DNA from: Methanobacteriota archaeon
Lineage (GTDB): Archaea > Thermoplasmatota > Poseidoniia > Poseidoniales > Thalassarchaeaceae
Direction of reading: 5' to 3'
Length of the DNA stretch: 44,352 nt
Assembly: GCA_002708385.1 (NCBI GenBank)
Contig: PANM01000004.1
Location: 1 to 44,352, forward strand
In this document: positions 18,672 through 27,370 of the stretch, one piece after another
Numbering within the stretch: position 1 is the stretch's first letter
How the letters are laid out: each line of letters starts with the position of its first letter
Notes under the pieces: model-generated
Databases searched by the model: none
The model's input: the letters and a program-made list of their open reading frames with translations, nothing else
Told to the model about the DNA's origin: nothing
Translations under genes and position numbers: made by a program

Positions 18672-20696
18672 TTGAGCATGCCAATTGGTAATATGGCACG
18701 TAGTCAGAGAGTTGAGGTTGTACTAATTATAGTACTTCTAATGCTAATGAGTATACCATATTCACCAGTAGTAGGTGATGAAGATGGTGCTTGCTGCCCA
18801 TCTGATGATTTCGATTTATTTTTGCTGGGAAGTGCCGACGATGGGACTCTTTCTCCTTTTGAATCAAAGTTAGATGAGAAATTTGAAAAATTAGTGACTC
18901 CATCGATTCAAGGATTAGTGGAAATTGGAAACTGGGAGATAACTTGGGGATTACAAGGAGACTATCCAGATTCAACTTGGGAATTTCGAATACCGTATGA
19001 AGTTGAATCCGCCGCTGGGATTCAGGTCAATGCAACGATAGGGGTTAATATCGGGAGTACTTATTTCGAAGGCGATGCTGGGGCTGGCTTATTCCTAACT
19101 AATGAAGGTGAAGTGGTAATCCCAATAGAAGTTCTCGCAGGAGAAGTTCGATCAGGAGATAAAATCAAACTTACATTTTCAGTAAGGAGTTTGTCTTTTT
19201 CTAGTCCTGGTGATGAGGCAGGAATTCGTTTTGTTTGGGGAACTGATGATTTTAGAGGCAGAATTTCAATGAAATTCCCATTGGTTAGTATCGACATGAA
19301 AGAACCCAGTGTTAACGGCAATCTAGTCTATTTTCCGGTTTTACTAAAGTCGGGCTTTGGCGACAGCATGTGGACTGGATCAAGTGGTGGACTGTCGGTG
19401 GCGAGTAGTTCCATTGCCGATAGCCCAATAGCCACTCCAACAAATAATGGAGTGGAAGTCACCTTTGCATGGGAGATCCCAGAGACAGCAGAAACTGGAA
19501 CATATTTTGTTTTATTTCATTTAATTCCGCAGACCTCACTTAGGATTGAAGCAAATCGAACCTACAATATCGAAGCGGGCGATGGAGGTTCTGGCTCTGG
19601 TAGTTGGTACCCCGCCACCGAGCCTTTGAGAACTGGTGGGTCGAATCTTAAGATAGATATTGACGCTAAATTTACCGGAGATTCTGTTGAAAGAGAAGTT
19701 AACATTGAATTTGATGGAGCAATGTCTCAATGGGTCCGATGGGGATTAGACAACATTGGAAATGAAAGTCTTTCATCTAACAGTTGGTGGCGGAATCTTC
19801 GTACATATTCGGATAATATTCCAAGTTCAGAATACAATAATGGGCAAGTTGATGATTCAGAAATTTTGGCCTTAAACAGCCATTTGGTTGGTTCCGCTTC
19901 AGACTTGAAATCATTTTTCTCGAATGGACTATACCTTGATGCTGAATCAATTTTCGGAGTTGACCCCGTTAATTTCGGGCCCACAGAAATCACTATCGAC
20001 ATGGGCCACACCAGAGCTTTCAGTTCCGAAAGTGTGGCGATTAGAATAGATACCTCCCACGAAGTTAATCCCGGAGAAAGGCAGCAATTGATTGAGTCAT
20101 TCATTAGACCAAGCCAAGATGATCTGTATAATGTTGTGACACTAAACGTCGAAATTCGTTCAACTGCTTTGCAAGGCCTTGGCGGGGTTGCAGCAGAAGA
20201 TATCGAAGCAAAGCACAGACGATGGATTTTATTGGAAACTGTTACAATCGACGAAGATGAAATTGACCCTGATTCTTCCTTCCGAGTTGAGTTTGTACCT
20301 AGTGGTGGGGCTCTTTATTCCCCTCTTGTCTCCGCTATGGTATCTGTATTTATGCTAGTTCTCGCTTTAGGACTGGGTATGTTTTTGACAAGAAAGAGAG
20401 CAAGAGTTCCTTCTATGCTGACTGTTGTCGTTCTTGGAGGATTATCATTGACATTATACGTATTAGGTTTAGACCTACCCTTTGTTTTGGGGGTAGTTTC
20501 TTCCAGTATGCTATTGGTTTTCCCTGTAGCTTTGGTCTCGCCTAGAACCGATTATTCACAAAGAATGGCTGAAGGTAATGGACCAAGCGCACGCGTTAAT
20601 TGTCCGAATTGTGGGGCCTCTAACCCTGTAGAATCTGAAGTACGACCACTAAGGTTGGAATGCATAGGCTGTGAATCTACCCTACGATTAGAATGA
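18672..20696 (+). CDS. Hypothetical surface protein with three C-terminal TM helices and a cytoplasmic C-terminal zinc ribbon
   Basis: The N-terminus is a signal/anchor segment (VVLIIVLLMLMSIP), followed by a large ectodomain with no recognised family. Three hydrophobic helices follow, then CPNCGAS...CIGCES at the C-terminus. The start is ambiguous between 18672, 18678 and 18693. Confidence 0.65.
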   Translation: MSMPIGNMARSQRVEVVLIIVLLMLMSIPYSPVVGDEDGACCPSDDFDLFLLGSADDGTLSPFESKLDEKFEKLVTPSIQGLVEIGNWEITWGLQGDYPDSTWEFRIPYEVESAAGIQVNATIGVNIGSTYFEGDAGAGLFLTNEGEVVIPIEVLAGEVRSGDKIKLTFSVRSLSFSSPGDEAGIRFVWGTDDFRGRISMKFPLVSIDMKEPSVNGNLVYFPVLLKSGFGDSMWTGSSGGLSVASSSIADSPIATPTNNGVEVTFAWEIPETAETGTYFVLFHLIPQTSLRIEANRTYNIEAGDGGSGSGSWYPATEPLRTGGSNLKIDIDAKFTGDSVEREVNIEFDGAMSQWVRWGLDNIGNESLSSNSWWRNLRTYSDNIPSSEYNNGQVDDSEILALNSHLVGSASDLKSFFSNGLYLDAESIFGVDPVNFGPTEITIDMGHTRAFSSESVAIRIDTSHEVNPGERQQLIESFIRPSQDDLYNVVTLNVEIRSTALQGLGGVAAEDIEAKHRRWILLETVTIDEDEIDPDSSFRVEFVPSGGALYSPLVSAMVSVFMLVLALGLGMFLTRKRARVPSMLTVVVLGGLSLTLYVLGLDLPFVLGVVSSSMLLVFPVALVSPRTDYSQRMAEGNGPSARVNCPNCGASNPVESEVRPLRLECIGCESTLRLE

Positions 20697-20700
20697 GAGT

Positions 20701-21567
20701 TCAGTCAGACTGAACCCTGCCAGTAGAAATTAGTGAATCAACAAGTGTATTTGATGCTTCAATTGCTGGAGCCTCTTTCCATAGCCTAGCCGCTCGTAAA
20801 ATTTCAGAGGCTAAATCACTGTCCCAATTTCTACCAACCACCCTGTGCCAACCAAGTTCTTCCATTCTTGCAGTCGAGGGTGTTGAACGAGAGAGAGCAG
20901 GGCGCATTAGATGAGAGAGGGTCCTCGCTCTTCCTTCATTATCTAGTTCAGGCCATTTTGAGGAAATAGCTACCAGAGCTAATTCCTCCACCCAAGGAGT
21001 ATTGGATAATTCAATAGAAGAAACCTCTGGCATTGCAACTATTTTTACGGTTCCTTCGTCCATCAAAGTATCTCTCAGAGAAGTAAAGACTGGATCATAT
21101 GTCGTATCCAATGCAGAATTTATCCAATTACCAGAAATTAACCAAGGTCGCAATCTTCTGACCCTGGCACCATTGGGAGCCAGTGATTGGGCAATAGCAT
21201 GGGACTGTGTTACTGTAGTCAATGGCCCCCGAAGTGAAGCTCCTGACGAAGAAACCAAACCATCAACTAGTGCTGTCTCCAACCTTAGCCTTGGGGGTTC
21301 GGCGGTATAACTTGGACCTGATATTTGGGCTGGACCCACCACATGAATCCATGATCCTTCGGAAGGCGATTCAAGCTTGAAGCGGCGTCTGTAGGGAATC
21401 CCTAAATCTAGTAATGCAGCTTCGATTGGAGCGATTGAAAGTGCTCCAATAAGGGAAGGTGCTGCTAGAAGCATAATTGTGCCATTGTAAACTCGCAAAT
21501 CTGTAACTGATTGCTTTAGTATAGGTGCAACTGTTGAGAATGGTTCTGACTCAAGCAGAGGCTTCAT
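20701..21567 (-). CDS. Hypothetical protein, possibly a truncated catalytically inactive DHH-fold (RecJ/Cdc45/GAN-like) protein
   Basis: The 288-aa protein has TIMLLAAPSLIGALSIAPIEAALLDLGIPY where DHH motif I (H-x-D-x-D-G) would be, but it lacks the acidic residues and has no DHH triplet. It lies immediately downstream of rps15 on the same strand. Confidence 0.4.
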   Translation of the reverse strand: MKPLLESEPFSTVAPILKQSVTDLRVYNGTIMLLAAPSLIGALSIAPIEAALLDLGIPYRRRFKLESPSEGSWIHVVGPAQISGPSYTAEPPRLRLETALVDGLVSSSGASLRGPLTTVTQSHAIAQSLAPNGARVRRLRPWLISGNWINSALDTTYDPVFTSLRDTLMDEGTVKIVAMPEVSSIELSNTPWVEELALVAISSKWPELDNEGRARTLSHLMRPALSRSTPSTARMEELGWHRVVGRNWDSDLASEILRAARLWKEAPAIEASNTLVDSLISTGRVQSD

Positions 21568-21643
21568 CGACCTTGCTCAGTGGTGGTGGTTAAAATTTTC
21601 ATCGCCTAGCGATTATGTAAAAGGTGATTAAAAATAGTGAGAT

Positions 21644-22099
21644 TTATTCTACCATCAATCGGAGCTGATCTCGTTTGTACACCCAATCGGAGTCTAACTT
21701 CCCAGTATTTCTGTAGTATCTTGCAAGTCTACGAATTCTAGACTCTGTTAATTCGAGTTGACGGCGGTTATGCAAATCTTTGTGGTTAGCATCTAGATGA
21801 TCAATCATTCTTAGTGCTTGACGCATCAAATTCATCATGTCCTCTGGATATCTGCCACCGATTCCATTCCTTTCCAGAGTTTCTGCAATTCTCTCACCTG
21901 TTACCAATCTTACATCGGGAACAGCGTGCTGATCGCGAAGTATGGTTCCAATCATTGCAGTAGAATTACCTTCCCCTGATAATTTGAGAATTAAATCCTC
22001 GACCGCTTTCTTATCAGATTCTGACCAATCGGGCGCGGAGGAAATATTTGGCTTATCAGAGCCACTTTTTCCTTTCCCTTTACTATGCATTCGTGCCAC
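21644..22099 (-). CDS. rps15: 30S ribosomal protein S15 (uS15, archaeal S13e type)
   Basis: Starting at the GTG at 22099 gives the canonical N-terminus MARMHSKGKGKSGS. GAGGTGA (22105..22111) lies 5 nt upstream. The track start at 22108 is the GTG inside that SD. Confidence 0.92.
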   Translation of the reverse strand: MARMHSKGKGKSGSDKPNISSAPDWSESDKKAVEDLILKLSGEGNSTAMIGTILRDQHAVPDVRLVTGERIAETLERNGIGGRYPEDMMNLMRQALRMIDHLDANHKDLHNRRQLELTESRIRRLARYYRNTGKLDSDWVYKRDQLRLMVE

Positions 22100-22104
22100 T
22101 TTGG

Positions 22105-22111
22105 TCACCTC
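22105..22111 (-). promoter_or_regulatory. Shine-Dalgarno GAGGTGA for rps15
   Basis: The plus strand reads tcacctc. There is a 5-nt spacer (ccaaa) to the GTG at 22099. Confidence 0.6.
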
Positions 22112-22175
22112 AAGCGGCCTGCCGACCTACTCCCCCTCTTTAATCGCTACGCATATCACCCAAAGGGTGTAATCA

Positions 22176-24059
22176 TCATAATCGGTGTTTTGCTTTGGCC
22201 AATCTACCCGGTCCGTTAGGCCATTCCCATCCTGCCGCTTCTGCTCGGGCACTACCAATCAGCTCGCCGTCTTGGAAGACAAGAAGTTCATCACCAATGC
22301 AAATGTTCTCATCAGCACTCTGGACATTACTTGAGAATAAATCCCCTCGCCAGTCAAAATCGGAACTCAATACTACACGTCCTAAAGCCCCGCATGAATC
22401 CAATATCGGCAGGGCTGCCTTTGAAAATGAAAAACGGCCTGAACGGGGATTCCAAAGTGCCATTTGAATTCGATTTTTCTCGATGCGAAATATCGGAGGT
22501 CTACCACTTACTTTCGTACCCTCTAACCAGTCATCAGTTCCGTGTTGAAATCTTGAGAGTGCCTTCAATTTCTCAAGTCGATGCAGGCTTTCTTTAACGT
22601 TCTTTATATCAAGATCATCGATGGCATTTTCTACCGCTTGATTAAGCCTATCTAATGAATCATGAGAGCCTGCGGATTCACTTTTTCGAGTATCAGTCAC
22701 CTGAATTCCTTCGAATTCTAAATTGATTCCAGAATGGTTTATGATTCTCGAAAAACCATTACGCCGGGAGTACAATTCCACCATTTCACGAATATACTTC
22801 AATTCATCAGCGTCCCAATCCCCTGTCACAGGAATATCGTAATGTGCAGCAGGCCAAATGTCTTCTAATTCTCTGGGAACTAATCCCAAAGGAGCTGTGA
22901 CCATTACCTCATGAATGCCTCTCGTTGGGATTGCTCGTTGAAATCTACGGTGCGACTTAGACAAACGATACGGTTTTTGAGCAGAACAAGGCAGAAGAAG
23001 CATTACTTTTCTTTGATGATTTGGAGGAGTGTGGGTAGTAGAAACTCGTCGTCTCCAATCTTGGATGAGAGGGTCATCTCGACTAATATGAGAATAGCAA
23101 AGAAGATTTCTTCCTTGAGGGACTACGCATTCTAAAGAGGCTGAACCTGCAGATTTTGCAGCCAATTCTGTCATTATGGAGTCATGCCTACGTAATCTTT
23201 CTACCGACCTTGGACTAGTTAGCGCTTGACGCTCAGCAAGTTGTCTGATTGTCCCATTTCTGATTGCTGAACGTGTAGCTGCCAAAGCTCTCTTCCATGC
23301 TTCAATTTGAGTTTGTAAATCCGTCTTTTCACCCAAAATAGTATCAGGTTCTCTAGGCCCATCTTCAGTCAGTAAAATACCACGACCAACCGCTTCATGA
23401 GATCTTGAAAGGTCGAATAAATCAACACCCATCCAACTAAGCAATGCGCAATTATCAGGACCTCCTATACCTGGCGTCCAGATTAAAGAGGTAGGGAATC
23501 TACGTCTAAGTGTATCAAGAGCCTCAATTAGTCGGCCTGGGCGCTCAGCAAGTTGAGGGGCATCAATTAGGGCAATTACTGAAGGTTCCAATTTTTCATC
23601 TAGTAGGTTTGAATCATGATGTAAGGCCTGCCAAGAAACTGGCAAAAATTGAATCCCCTTAGGACTTACACCACTATCTGATTCATCTAAGCTAGAAGGT
23701 AGGATTAGACCCTCTACTGAATTCCAGCATTCTAATTCGCCGAAAGGAAAACATAAATCATCTAAAACTTGTATTGATATTGTCGCTGGAATAGTATTCG
23801 AATATCGTTGAAACTGAAATGCTGCGACAGATAAAGGCAAATTAGGATCATCCGAAGATAAAACCAAACCGGGTGTCCAAGATGACGGTGATGCCCTATC
23901 GCCAAGAGAAAAAATGCGTGCAAAACGATTTCTTGCAGCGATGCCACGGGCAAGTGGCCGCTCTGCTGCCTCCTCTTTCATTAGTCTCTCTAATGAAGCA
24001 GTCCGCTTGAAGGATTCTAAGGGAGAAGCCGTCCCGTAGGAACGTGAGGCGTACATCAA
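22176..24059 (-). CDS. arcS: Archaeosine synthase ArcS (TGT-like N-domain, DUF5591-type domain and C-terminal PUA)
   Basis: There is an exact match to the ArcS signature PC-X3-KPY-X2-S-X2-H (PCSAQKPYRLSKSH). TGT-like LIWTPGIGGPDNCALLSWMGVDLFD is present, as is a PUA-like C-terminus (GDELLVFQDGELIGSARAEA). An alternative start at M27 (23981) would remove the 5' overlap with the divergent neighbour. Confidence 0.85.
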   Translation of the reverse strand: MMYASRSYGTASPLESFKRTASLERLMKEEAAERPLARGIAARNRFARIFSLGDRASPSSWTPGLVLSSDDPNLPLSVAAFQFQRYSNTIPATISIQVLDDLCFPFGELECWNSVEGLILPSSLDESDSGVSPKGIQFLPVSWQALHHDSNLLDEKLEPSVIALIDAPQLAERPGRLIEALDTLRRRFPTSLIWTPGIGGPDNCALLSWMGVDLFDLSRSHEAVGRGILLTEDGPREPDTILGEKTDLQTQIEAWKRALAATRSAIRNGTIRQLAERQALTSPRSVERLRRHDSIMTELAAKSAGSASLECVVPQGRNLLCYSHISRDDPLIQDWRRRVSTTHTPPNHQRKVMLLLPCSAQKPYRLSKSHRRFQRAIPTRGIHEVMVTAPLGLVPRELEDIWPAAHYDIPVTGDWDADELKYIREMVELYSRRNGFSRIINHSGINLEFEGIQVTDTRKSESAGSHDSLDRLNQAVENAIDDLDIKNVKESLHRLEKLKALSRFQHGTDDWLEGTKVSGRPPIFRIEKNRIQMALWNPRSGRFSFSKAALPILDSCGALGRVVLSSDFDWRGDLFSSNVQSADENICIGDELLVFQDGELIGSARAEAAGWEWPNGPGRLAKAKHRL

Positions 24060-26179
24060 CCGTGGTTATGGTCGTGTTAATTGCCACCTTAGGAGGTTCG
24101 TTCTCGGCCACATCTCAGGATGCTCAAGAAACCATTTATCTCATGGATAATGAGCAATATTTTCAAGAAACTCTCCCAGTTTACATCGAAATAACTTGTC
24201 AAAAATTATCCTGTTCTGGTTTGCAACTGAAAGTTTTTAGCGAGTATGGAAATTATACGGTTTCAGATACACATGAGATTCAACTCTCATACCTAGCACA
24301 AGGTAATGTTAGCCTACAGTTAACTGCAAATTCTGGAACTACATTAGAACATCTAACGATAAAAATGACTGAGTCAATAAATCAGGATTCAAATGTGGTT
24401 TTCAAAGAAGAGATGGATTGGCTAGATAATGTCCCGAGTCCAGGGATAAATGTAGAACAGAGAATAGTTGATTCAAATCTGGTTTGTCCGATTGACACGT
24501 GTAAATCTCCCGTTTTTTCAAATACCCATTGGATAGTTGGTATCCTTGAGGATGACGCAGACAGAGATTCAATACAAATCCAGGGCAATTTAGGAGATAT
24601 CATCCACATGCCCTCACCACTAATGCCCAATTCTGTCGAATTGGAATTTTGGATTCGGAATGATACAAGTAAAACCCTACTAAATGATATAGAGGAAAGA
24701 GAAAATGGTGATTTCCTTTTCGAATATCCAGATAAAGGAGAACTTTGGCTTAGACTTAAGCAACTACCTGAATCTAGTTTAGCTACCTACGAACTGTATA
24801 TTTTCACATTTTCAGAGCAATTTGAGAGTTCGTGGGGTGAATTATCAAGCTTATGGGGTGAACATCAACCTCTATCATTCCCCAATGAAACAGAAAGGTT
24901 CACAGGATGGATTTCATCTGTAGACTTAGAGGGAGATTCAATCCGTATACAGGCGGCTAGTAGAATGGGCCTGATTTTGAATTGTTCTGATAGGTTTGGA
25001 CAAGTAAATTTCCAAGTTCTTCTATTATCACACAATGAATCATTTTCACCTGTTGAGGAAAACTGTTCGAGCCCTGTCTTAACCAATGTGGATACTGAAT
25101 CTATTGAGATTCGTATTACCTCTGACTCCCTTGCGGAGTGGAGTATTGGTGTGATTGAGAATCCAGAAGGAGACGCTGGGGCAATGGGTGATGCTCCTGA
25201 TAAACTTTGGACGATTGAGGATGATCTAACAAAATGGCCTATATTATCGACAAATAATAGTGTATCAGCGACGATGGCCTCGGATGAATCCGTTGATGTT
25301 TTTTCCTTTGAAGTGACGTCAGTAAACGGTTCTCGATTACATATTGATTATGACTATTCGCAACCAGTAAGTTATCAGATTTTAATTTTAAATCAAGAAT
25401 CTGGGTTAATAATTAACACTTCAAAGGGAGGGTTGATTGACGCTCCTACTGGAATTCATGCCATCAGAGTTGAAAAAATTGGTGAGAGGAGTTTGACATA
25501 TTATGATTTCACATTAGTCAATAATGGAGAAGTTATCGAAGAAAAGCAAGATACATTTACTGATCAATCTAGTTTATTTGCAAATTATTACATATTTGCT
25601 GGATTATTTCTTCTTGCCCCTGCAATGTTGGTTTTATTTTGGAATCGTAATCGGTGGAGAGATGGATTATACCATATAGAAATTGAACAACATGAACTTC
25701 GAAGATTAAGGCGATTACGAGAGAGACTCACGAATCTATTGGAAAAAGATGACTTGAATGAGCAAGTAATCGACTCGGCATTACACCAATTGGGTGACAG
25801 CCCATGGCAAGCTGTAGTAGAAGATTGGGGGGCACCATTGCTTAGGCACAATACAAAACAAATTGAAATATGTGCCTGGAAAATTTTGGACGGTGCCACA
25901 TCTTTACTGATTGGTATTAGGGTGGCGGAATCGCCTTGGGAGTTAGCAGCTATGAGGGTTTATGCTCCTGAAGGAGCAAATGTTAGTATCGTCCAAGTGT
26001 CGCCTCAGCATCTATTCAACGGGGATGAAATTTTCTTGGATACTTTAGGACCGAATAGCAAAACTTTCCTCAAATTGGCAGTAGAGGGACAGCCATCTAA
26101 TATTGGTTTCCATCTTTCTGGCCTGGTGGATGGAGAACCACTAGCCGCAGTTCCAAATAAAGCAATTGATTGGTCATGA
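24044..26179 (+). CDS. Hypothetical type-I membrane protein with repeated PPC-like (pre-peptidase C-terminal-like) ectodomain modules and a cytoplasmic domain of about 170 aa
   Basis: The signal peptide is MRRTSTVVMVVLIATLGGSFSATS. Three modules carry acidic D-x-D-S/V-I/F contexts (EDDADRDSIQIQG, DLEGDSIRIQA, SDESVDVFSFEV). The TM segment is YIFAGLFLLAPAMLVLFW, followed by a basic coiled segment and a globular tail. Confidence 0.65.
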   Translation: MRRTSTVVMVVLIATLGGSFSATSQDAQETIYLMDNEQYFQETLPVYIEITCQKLSCSGLQLKVFSEYGNYTVSDTHEIQLSYLAQGNVSLQLTANSGTTLEHLTIKMTESINQDSNVVFKEEMDWLDNVPSPGINVEQRIVDSNLVCPIDTCKSPVFSNTHWIVGILEDDADRDSIQIQGNLGDIIHMPSPLMPNSVELEFWIRNDTSKTLLNDIEERENGDFLFEYPDKGELWLRLKQLPESSLATYELYIFTFSEQFESSWGELSSLWGEHQPLSFPNETERFTGWISSVDLEGDSIRIQAASRMGLILNCSDRFGQVNFQVLLLSHNESFSPVEENCSSPVLTNVDTESIEIRITSDSLAEWSIGVIENPEGDAGAMGDAPDKLWTIEDDLTKWPILSTNNSVSATMASDESVDVFSFEVTSVNGSRLHIDYDYSQPVSYQILILNQESGLIINTSKGGLIDAPTGIHAIRVEKIGERSLTYYDFTLVNNGEVIEEKQDTFTDQSSLFANYYIFAGLFLLAPAMLVLFWNRNRWRDGLYHIEIEQHELRRLRRLRERLTNLLEKDDLNEQVIDSALHQLGDSPWQAVVEDWGAPLLRHNTKQIEICAWKILDGATSLLIGIRVAESPWELAAMRVYAPEGANVSIVQVSPQHLFNGDEIFLDTLGPNSKTFLKLAVEGQPSNIGFHLSGLVDGEPLAAVPNKAIDWS

Positions 26180-27343
26180 CCGCCGTCTATTTCTGGCTTC
26201 TTCGATAATATTTTCAGTAATCGATTTTTTACTACCCAATTCCTCTCTTAACTCTTCTAATCGCTTTTTTGTAGTACGCGAAACTTTCTCCGGCATTGAT
26301 AGTTTAAGCAGGACCATAACTGCACCTCTGCCCCGTTTCCCTCTTGGAAATGGTAATCCACGATTTAGAATAGTAATTGTTTCCCCTGGTTTTGAGCCAG
26401 ATTTTATGTTGACTTTCAAGGGGGAACCATCGATGTGGGGAAACTCAACATTAGCACCTAGTAGTAAATCGATATAACTCACAGGAAGCGCCATCAATAA
26501 GTCTGAACCATCTCTTTCGAACCATTCATGTTCTTCTACCATAATTTCAATGTATAAATTTCCAGGACTTCCATTTTGATGTCTCGGAGATTCGCCATGA
26601 CCGCTCAATCTCAATCTTGTCCCACTATCAATTCCTGCTGGAACAGAGAATTTTACTTTCTTCGATTGCTTTGCTCTACCTTCACCTGAACATGATTTAC
26701 ATGGATTTTGAATGATTTTTCCTTCTCCGCCACAGGCACCACAATCTTGAGTCACTTGTTGTTGGAAAGGGCCTATTCTTTCTATTCTAGTGAGACGCCC
26801 CCTACCATCGCAGGTTGGGCATATTCTTACTCCCTCTGGAGTTTCTGAACCAATACCATCACAACTCGTGCAATGAGTTAGTACTTCAATATCTAATTCA
26901 TCATCAATCCCATTATAGGCATCTTGGAAGGTTATGTCGTGTCGAATAAGTAAATCCGCACCCCTAGAGGACCTTTGTCGACCGCCGCCGCCAAATAATG
27001 ATGAGAAAATAGAATCAAAACCACCTCCAAACAAGTCATCAATACTTATGTTGACTCCTTGGAATCCCCCAGAACCCCAAGGGGAACCACCAGGTCGTTC
27101 GTGCCCAAACATGTCGTACTTTCTCCTTTCATCAGGATTAGAAAGTATAGCATATGCTTCCTGAACTTCCTTGAAACGTGCTTCTGCATCAGGTTCATCA
27201 GGATTCTTATCAGGATGGAATTTTCTGGCCTTTGAACGGAAGGCCTTCTTTAGGTCTGATTCAGATGCTTTCTTGTCAACACCCAATACTTCGTAGTAAT
27301 CCCTCTTCTGACTCAAGCAACCACCACATATGATACCCAACAA
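26174..27343 (-). CDS. dnaJ: Chaperone DnaJ (type I Hsp40)
   Basis: The J-domain has DYYEVLGV...HPDKN, followed by a G/F-rich linker. Four CxxCxGxG repeats are present (CTSCDGIG, CPTCDGRG, CGACGGEG, CKSCSGEG). An in-frame TTG at 27313 (MSQKRDYYEVLGV, with GGTGG 4 nt upstream) is an equally plausible start. Confidence 0.92.
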   Translation of the reverse strand: MLGIICGGCLSQKRDYYEVLGVDKKASESDLKKAFRSKARKFHPDKNPDEPDAEARFKEVQEAYAILSNPDERRKYDMFGHERPGGSPWGSGGFQGVNISIDDLFGGGFDSIFSSLFGGGGRQRSSRGADLLIRHDITFQDAYNGIDDELDIEVLTHCTSCDGIGSETPEGVRICPTCDGRGRLTRIERIGPFQQQVTQDCGACGGEGKIIQNPCKSCSGEGRAKQSKKVKFSVPAGIDSGTRLRLSGHGESPRHQNGSPGNLYIEIMVEEHEWFERDGSDLLMALPVSYIDLLLGANVEFPHIDGSPLKVNIKSGSKPGETITILNRGLPFPRGKRGRGAVMVLLKLSMPEKVSRTTKKRLEELREELGSKKSITENIIEEARNRRRS

Positions 27344-27370
27344 GCACCTGTTTTCAACCCATTGGATTGC

